This document shows positions 57,370 through 64,000 of a DNA stretch of 64,000 nucleotides, piece after piece. The translations under genes were made by a program, and so were the position numbers. Location: positions 32,001 through 96,000 of the forward strand of contig CAXXMV010000002.1 of NCBI GenBank assembly GCA_963662285.2, in the 5' to 3' direction. The notes beneath the pieces were generated by a model, which did no database searches, had not been told where the DNA came from, and worked only from the letters and a program-made list of their open reading frames with translations. The first letter of the stretch is position 1. Each line of letters opens with the position of its first letter. Source of the DNA: a bacterium. GTDB lineage: Bacteria > Hinthialibacterota > Hinthialibacteria > Hinthialibacterales > Hinthialibacteraceae.

Positions 57370-57413
57370 AAATAAAAGAGGGAATCAAATCAACAACTGA
57401 TCTGATTCCCTCA
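57370..57413 (-). terminator. Probable terminator after pckG
   Basis: GAGGGAATCA/TGATTCCCTC stem with a T tract on the minus strand. Confidence 0.6.
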
Positions 57414-57443
57414 TATTGTTTATATCAACTAGAATTCAAGATA

Positions 57444-59231
57444 CTAGCTGAGGCGTTCTTTTAATTTCTGCAATTGAGCTGTAATTCTTGGTGGAACTTT
57501 ATCCCCGTATTTGAGGAAATATTCTTCAACTTCAGGAATTTCTGCTAACATGGCCGCTTTATCAACGCTGAGCAGCAGTTTCATATCTTCCGCCGCAATA
57601 TCCAGACCTTCAGTATCAATGCCGCCTTCAACCGGCATCATACCCAGTGGAGTCTCAACCACATCGGCTTTGCCTTCGATGCGCTCGCACATCCATTTCA
57701 ATACGCGGCTGTTCTCGCCGAATCCAGGCCATAACCAACGGCCGTCTTCGGTCTTTCGGAACCAGTTGACATAGAAGATAGCCGGAGCTTTATCGCCCAG
57801 TTTGTCACCCATATCCATCCAATGCTGCCAGTAGTCGCCCATGTGGTAGCCGCAGAACGGCAGCATGGCGAACGGATCGCGGCGCAATTTGGCTTTGACG
57901 TCGATAGCGGCGGCGGTTGGTTCTGATGAAGCCGTCGCGCCCATGTATACCCCGTGATCCCAATCAAAGGCCTGGGAAACCAAAGGCACTACACCGGTTC
58001 TGCGACCGCCGAAGATTAATATATCAATCGGGACGCCCGCAGGATTTTCCCAATCAGGACAAATTACAGGGCACTGGCTGGCCAAGGCCGTAAACCGCGC
58101 ATTGGGATGAGCGCCCTTTTCACCAGATTCGGGAGTCCACTCACGGTTCTTCCAATCAATGCCGTGTTTGCATTCAACGCCCATCTCTTCCCACCAGACG
58201 TCTTTATCATCCGTTACCACGCAGTTGGTAAAGATTGCGTTTTCTCTGATGGAATCCATCGCCATCGGGTTAGTATCATAACTGGTTCCCGGCGCAACGC
58301 CGAAGAAACCCGCTTCAGGATTAATGGCGTAAAGACGGCCATCAGGGCCTTGCTTCATCCAGGCGATATCATCACCGATGCATTCGCACTTCCAACCAGG
58401 GATAGTCGGCTGCAACATGGCCATGTTGGTTTTGCCGCAAGCAGAGGGGAAAGCGGCGCAAATATGGAACTGCTTGCCCTCAGGATTAGTCAAACGCAGG
58501 ATCAGCATATGTTCAGCCATCCAGCCTTCACGACGTGCGATAACCGAAGCGATGCGCAATGCCAGACATTTCTTACCCAATAAGGCGTTGCCGCCATAAC
58601 CGGAACCATAACTCCAGATCAGGTTCTCATCGGGGAAATGCGATATGTATTTCTCTTCAATCGGCGCGCAGGGCCAGGGAACGTCTTTCTGACCTTCGGC
58701 CAGCGGCGCTCCAATGGAATGCAGGCAAGGGATAAATTCACCATCTTCGCCAAGAGTTTCAATAACTTTGTCGCCCACGCGGGTCATCATGTGCATATTG
58801 ACCACAACATAAGCGCTATCGGTGATTTCAATGCCAATCTTAGAGATGGGAGAACCAATAGGACCCATGCTGAAGGGAATGACGTACATTACCCGGCCCT
58901 TCATGCATCCATCATAGGATTCCCTCATTTTTGCTTTCAATTCATCAGGCGCCATCCAGTTATTAGTCGGTCCGGCGTCGGCTTCATCTTTACAGGATAT
59001 ATATGTCCGGTCTTCTACTCGCGCCACATCAGAAGGATCTGAACGGAAATGATAGCTGTTAGGGCGCTTGGTTTCATTTAATTTTTCAGTTTGTCCGTTG
59101 TCGACCATTAATTTCATTAGGCGGTCGTATTCTTCTTTAGTGCCATCGCACCAGCATACGGAATCCGGCTTACACATGGCTTCGATTTCATTTACCCATT
59201 TGATCAGTTTTTGGTTGGCTGTTTTAATCAT
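57444..59231 (-). CDS. pckG: GTP-dependent phosphoenolpyruvate carboxykinase
   Basis: [71 protein letters not shown]. Confidence 0.97.
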   Translation of the reverse strand: MIKTANQKLIKWVNEIEAMCKPDSVCWCDGTKEEYDRLMKLMVDNGQTEKLNETKRPNSYHFRSDPSDVARVEDRTYISCKDEADAGPTNNWMAPDELKAKMRESYDGCMKGRVMYVIPFSMGPIGSPISKIGIEITDSAYVVVNMHMMTRVGDKVIETLGEDGEFIPCLHSIGAPLAEGQKDVPWPCAPIEEKYISHFPDENLIWSYGSGYGGNALLGKKCLALRIASVIARREGWMAEHMLILRLTNPEGKQFHICAAFPSACGKTNMAMLQPTIPGWKCECIGDDIAWMKQGPDGRLYAINPEAGFFGVAPGTSYDTNPMAMDSIRENAIFTNCVVTDDKDVWWEEMGVECKHGIDWKNREWTPESGEKGAHPNARFTALASQCPVICPDWENPAGVPIDILIFGGRRTGVVPLVSQAFDWDHGVYMGATASSEPTAAAIDVKAKLRRDPFAMLPFCGYHMGDYWQHWMDMGDKLGDKAPAIFYVNWFRKTEDGRWLWPGFGENSRVLKWMCERIEGKADVVETPLGMMPVEGGIDTEGLDIAAEDMKLLLSVDKAAMLAEIPEVEEYFLKYGDKVPPRITAQLQKLKERLS

Positions 59232-59764
59232 ATTAATCTCCAAAAATGAGAATATGTTTCATTTATTTTACTTTTAGAAAATATTATAAGTAAAATTAAC
59301 TATATCAATTGTTGATTTCTTAAACATAAAATAATACAGAATTAATAAACTTCTTCTTATTCAAGTAGTTATTATATTCCTTTCTATATCTGTTCTCCAT
59401 TCAACAAGACCAACATTTCATATAAGCATATCATCTTGGTTATAAAATTATACAGCAAAATTAAAATTAAAATAGATGACGGCATCAAGTAAAAACATCT
59501 GTGATTATAATTTTTTTTATTACCCTATATTTGTATCCAATAATTTCTAATAAAAAAGAGTTATTAGCCAAAATAAATTATTGTTTTAATGAAATGGGAA
59601 GAGAGCGCCGGAGAATATTCAGCGCATACTATCCATAAAATTCTTTTCTGCATCATTTCCTTAAAACGATTAAGATATATTTTTCGCTATCCATGTAGCA
59701 ATATTTTATTGCAATTAGTTGATAAATCCTACACATATAATTTTTCAGGTTTGTACTAATAATG

Positions 59765-60712
59765 TCACTCGGGGCGCTTAAAAATCTCGTTACGAATCAT
59801 GTCGCCCTGGATATCTTTTATACTCCCGCCCAAAGCAGACCTCATAAACGGAATCCCCATCACCGCCAACAGCCAGTAACCGAATAACGAGTATAAAATC
59901 CCCACCGCCAGGTTTGTTTCATAAGGGGCGAATCCGCTGAAAAGGTAGATCATAGCGGAATCTCTGGTACCCATACCGGAAACCGTAACCGGGATAAGAC
60001 CAACAAAAATGGCTATGGGTAATGAGGCCGCGATATAAAACAGAGGCACCTCAGCATGAAATGCGCTAAAGCAACACCAGGTCTGTAAAAAAGAGCAAAA
60101 CCAGTTGATCAACGTTATCAAGAGCAAGCCGATGAAGGTGCCCAGGTGGAGATATATTTGTTTCGATGCCTCAAGGATTTCCAATATAAAGTCCCGAAAC
60201 TTCTCTGGAATAAGATTAACTGCTGGAGAAGCAGCCAGAACAAAGAATATAATCACTCCCGCCAATATCGCGCCGGTAATTAAACTAAAGAAATAATTCC
60301 CCAGAAAAATCCCACCGATCATGCCATATAGGCTCAGCGCGATAAGGTCCATCATTCGTTCAGCGATAATAACTCCCGTGGTTTTGGTATAAGGCATAAC
60401 ATTCTTCAGGAACAACACCTTGATAAGATCACCTGATTTTGCTGGAGTTATTGCGCCCACCGGCCAGGCGGCCATGATGATGACGAAACTTTGCCAGACC
60501 CCCAGTTTGGCGCCCATTCTCTTAACGATAATATTCCACCGGATTGCGCACCAAAGCGGGAAAGTGCACATAATAAAAAAAGAACATAATAAATATAAAG
60601 GATTAGCCTGCTTTACCGTTTCAATGGCCGAAGAGAAGTCGACGCTGTAAAACAGTGCGCCGAAAATTATTACGGTCAGTAATAATAATATTGATCTTTG
60701 TTTTAGTCGCAT
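59765..60712 (-). CDS. LPG-synthase TM / flippase-like membrane protein
   Basis: AIRW, ITPAKSGDLIK, ERMMDL, LIPVTVSGMGTRD. Confidence 0.85.
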   Translation of the reverse strand: MRLKQRSILLLLTVIIFGALFYSVDFSSAIETVKQANPLYLLCSFFIMCTFPLWCAIRWNIIVKRMGAKLGVWQSFVIIMAAWPVGAITPAKSGDLIKVLFLKNVMPYTKTTGVIIAERMMDLIALSLYGMIGGIFLGNYFFSLITGAILAGVIIFFVLAASPAVNLIPEKFRDFILEILEASKQIYLHLGTFIGLLLITLINWFCSFLQTWCCFSAFHAEVPLFYIAASLPIAIFVGLIPVTVSGMGTRDSAMIYLFSGFAPYETNLAVGILYSLFGYWLLAVMGIPFMRSALGGSIKDIQGDMIRNEIFKRPE

Positions 60713-61333
60713 ATTTATATGGTGTAGAACCAGAATCTCCAGTACATGCCAAAAACAAATTACATATACCTGGTGAGAAGGAATTTGCAGAGAATCATAC
60801 AGGAGAGAAGGCCTTGACGCAATTGGTTCAATAGAATTTGCCTGAGGATCAGTACGGTTCTAAAAAATTAAATCAACCTAGTAGTTAAAATCACTGCAAG
60901 AGGCGGTTTTGAATATAACCGTTGATTTCAATAGAGATTTACCGATTTTGTGCACAATTTAGCAGCCTTTAAACTTCCAAATATTTTAATAACGTTAAAT
61001 ATTTAAACTATTTGCCTATTTTCCATTGACTCGTATAATATAACAAATACAATTATTACTACAAACTTTTCGTAGAAACCGCGAAAAGTATATATTTTTG
61101 TGCTTATACATTTTTATATCAGAACAAGGGTAAAAGGCCAAATCAACTTTTCCGCATTCGGCTATCCTTCTTTGATTGATTCCTTCTAAATATTAGTAAT
61201 AAATGGGCAAAATTTGGGGATAGAGTGCGAAGTATGACGATGTTTTGTTATACCTGAAAGATATTTATGCGTATTTAACATAGGCATTTATTGTACATAA
61301 TATAAAAGGATTAAGAGACGAGGATTAAGTAAA

Positions 61334-63415
61334 ATGAAGCGACAGGTTCCACTATCAAGAGTCCGAAATATCGGGATTATGGCGCATATCGACGCCGGCA
61401 AAACCACTGTAACCGAGAGAATTTTGTTTTTTACAGGAGTATCGCATAAGATCGGTGAGGTGCATGACGGCGAAGCGATAATGGACTGGATGGAACAAGA
61501 ACGCGAGCGCGGCATCACTATTACTTCCGCCGCGACCACCTGCTTCTGGAAAGATAACAAAATCAATATCATCGATACACCTGGTCATGTTGATTTTACC
61601 GTAGAAGTGGAAAGATCGCTCCGGGTATTGGATGGAGCAATCGCGCTATTCTGCGCTGTTGCTGGTGTTGAGCCGCAAAGTGAAACCGTTTGGCGCCAAG
61701 CGGAAAAATACGATGTACCAGTCATTGCTTTCATAAATAAAATGGATCGCGCAGGCGCTGATTTTTATCGGGTTCTCGAATCGATGAACAATCAGCTCAA
61801 CGCTAATCCTGTTCCAATAATCATTCCTATGATAGAGAATGAGTTATTAATCGGCGTTATCGATTTGGTCTACAACGTAGCTCATATATACGACGATATT
61901 ACCGGAGAAAAGCGCCATGATCTGCCCATTCCTGAGGAATATCAAGCCGCACGGGACAAATGGTTCAAGTTCCTGGTTGAAAAAGTCAGTGAAGTAGATG
62001 ATCACCTGATGGAGAAATTCTGTAACGGAGAAACAATCACCACAGAAGAACTCATGGACGGAATCCGCCGCGCCACTCTAGCGAGAACAATTACGCCTAC
62101 CCTTTGCGGAACCGCTTTCAAAAATAAAGGCGTTAAGCGCTTATTAGACGCAGTGGTCGATTTTCTTCCTGCTCCAAATGATCTGCCTCCCACTATCGGC
62201 ACCAATGCTGAAGATGAAGAAATTGTACGTAAACCATCCGATGAGTCTCATTTAGCCGCTCTGGCTTTTAAGGTTGTTGCCGATAAACACATGGGTAAAT
62301 TGATTTATTTCCGCGTTTATTCGGGTACAATGAAGTCGGGCAGTTATGTCCTTAATTCAACCAAGGGTAATAAACAGAGAATTGGTCGACTTCTGCAAAT
62401 GCACGCTAACAAGCAAGAGCAGCGCGATGCTATTTTCTGTGGAGATATTGGAGTTGCAATCGGATTAAGCGATACCGTAACCGGCGACACATTGTGTGAT
62501 ATTGAACACCCGATTCTACTGGAAGCCATTGAATTTCCTGCACCGGTTATTTCAGTCAGCATTAAACCGAATACTAAATCGGATAGCGACAAACTGGGTA
62601 TGGGCCTGGGACGTCTGGCTGAAGAAGATCCCACCTTTATCGTTTCATCCGGAGAGGTTGATAATGAAACTATTATTTCCGGCATGGGCGAGTTGCATCT
62701 TGAAATTATCGTCGACCGCTTAAAACGTGAATTTGGCGTTCAAGCCACTGTCGGTCGACCTGAAGTCGCATATCGTGAAACCATCACCCAAGATTTTGAG
62801 ATGGTTCACCGTTATTCCAAACAGAGCGGCGGCAAGGGAGATTTTGCTCACATAGAATTTAAGATGGAACCAAATCCCCCGGGAGTCGGGTTTGAATTTG
62901 AGAATAAAATCGTGGGCGGCGCTATCCCGCGCGAATATATTCCAGCCGTGGAAAAAGGCATGGTCGACGCTATGAAGAAAGGCGTTTTCGCTGATTATCC
63001 GGTTGTGGATATTAAAATCACTCTGCATGATGGTTCATACCACGATGTCGATTCATCTGAACGCGCCTTCCGTATTTGCGCAAGCCAGGCGTTCAAAATG
63101 GCCTTCATGAGATGTAAACCTCAATTACTTGAACCAGTTATGAGCGTCCATGTAACAACCCCGCCCGAATTTGCCGGGCCAGTTAATGGAAACCTGAATG
63201 GAAAACGCGGCCGCATCACTGGAATGGATACTTTAACCAGTAGCAATATCATAAAGTCTATGGTTCCATTGGCGGAAATGTTCGGCTATGCAACAGAAAT
63301 TCGCACCATCTCATCTGGTCGCGCTTCTTTCTCCATGCAGTTCGAACATTATGAAGCGGTTCCTAACAGCTTAGCTGAAGAGATCGTTGCCGAGAGAAAA
63401 AAGAAAGATAAATAA
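61334..63415 (+). CDS. fusA: Elongation factor G (stand-alone copy)
   Basis: [61 protein letters not shown]. Confidence 0.96.
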   Translation: MKRQVPLSRVRNIGIMAHIDAGKTTVTERILFFTGVSHKIGEVHDGEAIMDWMEQERERGITITSAATTCFWKDNKINIIDTPGHVDFTVEVERSLRVLDGAIALFCAVAGVEPQSETVWRQAEKYDVPVIAFINKMDRAGADFYRVLESMNNQLNANPVPIIIPMIENELLIGVIDLVYNVAHIYDDITGEKRHDLPIPEEYQAARDKWFKFLVEKVSEVDDHLMEKFCNGETITTEELMDGIRRATLARTITPTLCGTAFKNKGVKRLLDAVVDFLPAPNDLPPTIGTNAEDEEIVRKPSDESHLAALAFKVVADKHMGKLIYFRVYSGTMKSGSYVLNSTKGNKQRIGRLLQMHANKQEQRDAIFCGDIGVAIGLSDTVTGDTLCDIEHPILLEAIEFPAPVISVSIKPNTKSDSDKLGMGLGRLAEEDPTFIVSSGEVDNETIISGMGELHLEIIVDRLKREFGVQATVGRPEVAYRETITQDFEMVHRYSKQSGGKGDFAHIEFKMEPNPPGVGFEFENKIVGGAIPREYIPAVEKGMVDAMKKGVFADYPVVDIKITLHDGSYHDVDSSERAFRICASQAFKMAFMRCKPQLLEPVMSVHVTTPPEFAGPVNGNLNGKRGRITGMDTLTSSNIIKSMVPLAEMFGYATEIRTISSGRASFSMQFEHYEAVPNSLAEEIVAERKKKDK

Positions 63416-63453
63416 TATCTACCTCAGCAATCTTTCTAAATTCATCTATACGC

Positions 63454-63487
63454 AAGAAGGCCGATCAATTTGATCGGCCTTCTTTTT
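63454..63487 (+). terminator. Intrinsic terminator after fusA
   Basis: AAGAAGGCCGATCAA/TTGATCGGCCTTCTT followed by TTT. Confidence 0.85.
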
Positions 63488-63516
63488 CGTCCTATGTTCT
63501 TATGCCGTTCACACAA

Positions 63517-63600
63517 TAGAGCGATTATCAAAATTTTGTTTGCTTATTATCACCTTTGGTCTTCGAAAAAGCCAATCTTTTCTGACTTTTTCGAATCGTC
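63517..63600. repeat. Partial TAGAGCG-family MITE copy
   Basis: Collinear with 2460-2545. Confidence 0.65.
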
Positions 63601-63633
63601 AATCAGATCATCATTATGAAAACTACTCTAGTC

Positions 63634-64000
63634 CTATTGAGAAACACTTTCCGCCTGGATGGGAATCATGCCGATTGGTGAATCCTCAGGCGGTAATTCG
63701 AGTTGACCCGCTAAACCGGAAATCTGTTTCTGGATATTTTCGACCTGGTTGCAAGTTGATTCAATCAACTTGGTGAATTCCATTATTTCTGCTTGAAAAG
63801 CGTCGCGCGCTTCTTGAGATTCGGGTGCGTCTATCCACTTTGACGCCTTAGTTTGCGCTGATTCAATCCTGGTTTGGACACTTTGCTGAAGGTTCTGAAT
63901 ATTTTGCCCAAGATTTTTCAGATGCGCCGCCGTTTGCTGAAGTTTTACATCTTGACTCGATAGGTTGGCAGCTCGAATGGCATCGGAGAGTTGATTGCCT
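63634..64000 (-). CDS. 3' end of a hypothetical coiled-coil protein (enters from the window edge)
   Basis: Open frame GNQLSDAIRAANLSSQDVKLQQTAAHL...IPIQAESVSQ*; Q/E/A-rich. Confidence 0.65.
   Translation of the reverse strand, partial: GNQLSDAIRAANLSSQDVKLQQTAAHLKNLGQNIQNLQQSVQTRIESAQTKASKWIDAPESQEARDAFQAEIMEFTKLIESTCNQVENIQKQISGLAGQLELPPEDSPIGMIPIQAESVSQ

Noticed and set aside
59240-59760. Very AT-rich 500-bp spacer as an origin or foreign DNA
   Set aside because: No clustered DnaA boxes, iterons or ORF remnants recognised; consistent with the pckG promoter region.
60718-60835. Short frame containing HIPGEK/HTGEK, resembling C2H2 zinc-finger linkers
   Set aside because: No Cys pairs, start codon or RBS; probably coincidental.

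Overview
A 64-kb bacterial chromosomal segment made up mostly of housekeeping and envelope genes: hom-apgM-lysC, cimA, accA, lon, sucD, pckG, a stand-alone fusA, an LptD-like gene, araB, an S8 protease, a BlaI/M56 pair, several glycosylation genes and a tRNA-Cys. The intergenic DNA is rich in mobile sequence: two IS481-family elements, one ISAzo13-family element, MITEs and at least four REP-like repeat families. Main observations: (1) the two divergent IS481 elements each carry a homologous ~160-nt non-coding module with several compensatory base-pair changes, in opposite orientations relative to their transposases, which is a candidate conserved structured RNA. (2) Both IS481s, an IS481 end scar and an IS4-like MITE all sit inside the same CCCTCTCCC-type REP family. 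(3) An ORF missing from the track (minus strand, 2290 to the window edge) fuses a signal peptide, TPR-like region, membrane anchor and Zn ribbon to a GspE/PilB ATPase. (4) A 29-aa bL37-like ribosomal peptide lies next to an orphan phage-hub-like gene. I saw no CRISPR array or rRNA. All family calls come from motif recognition by eye, not from database searches.
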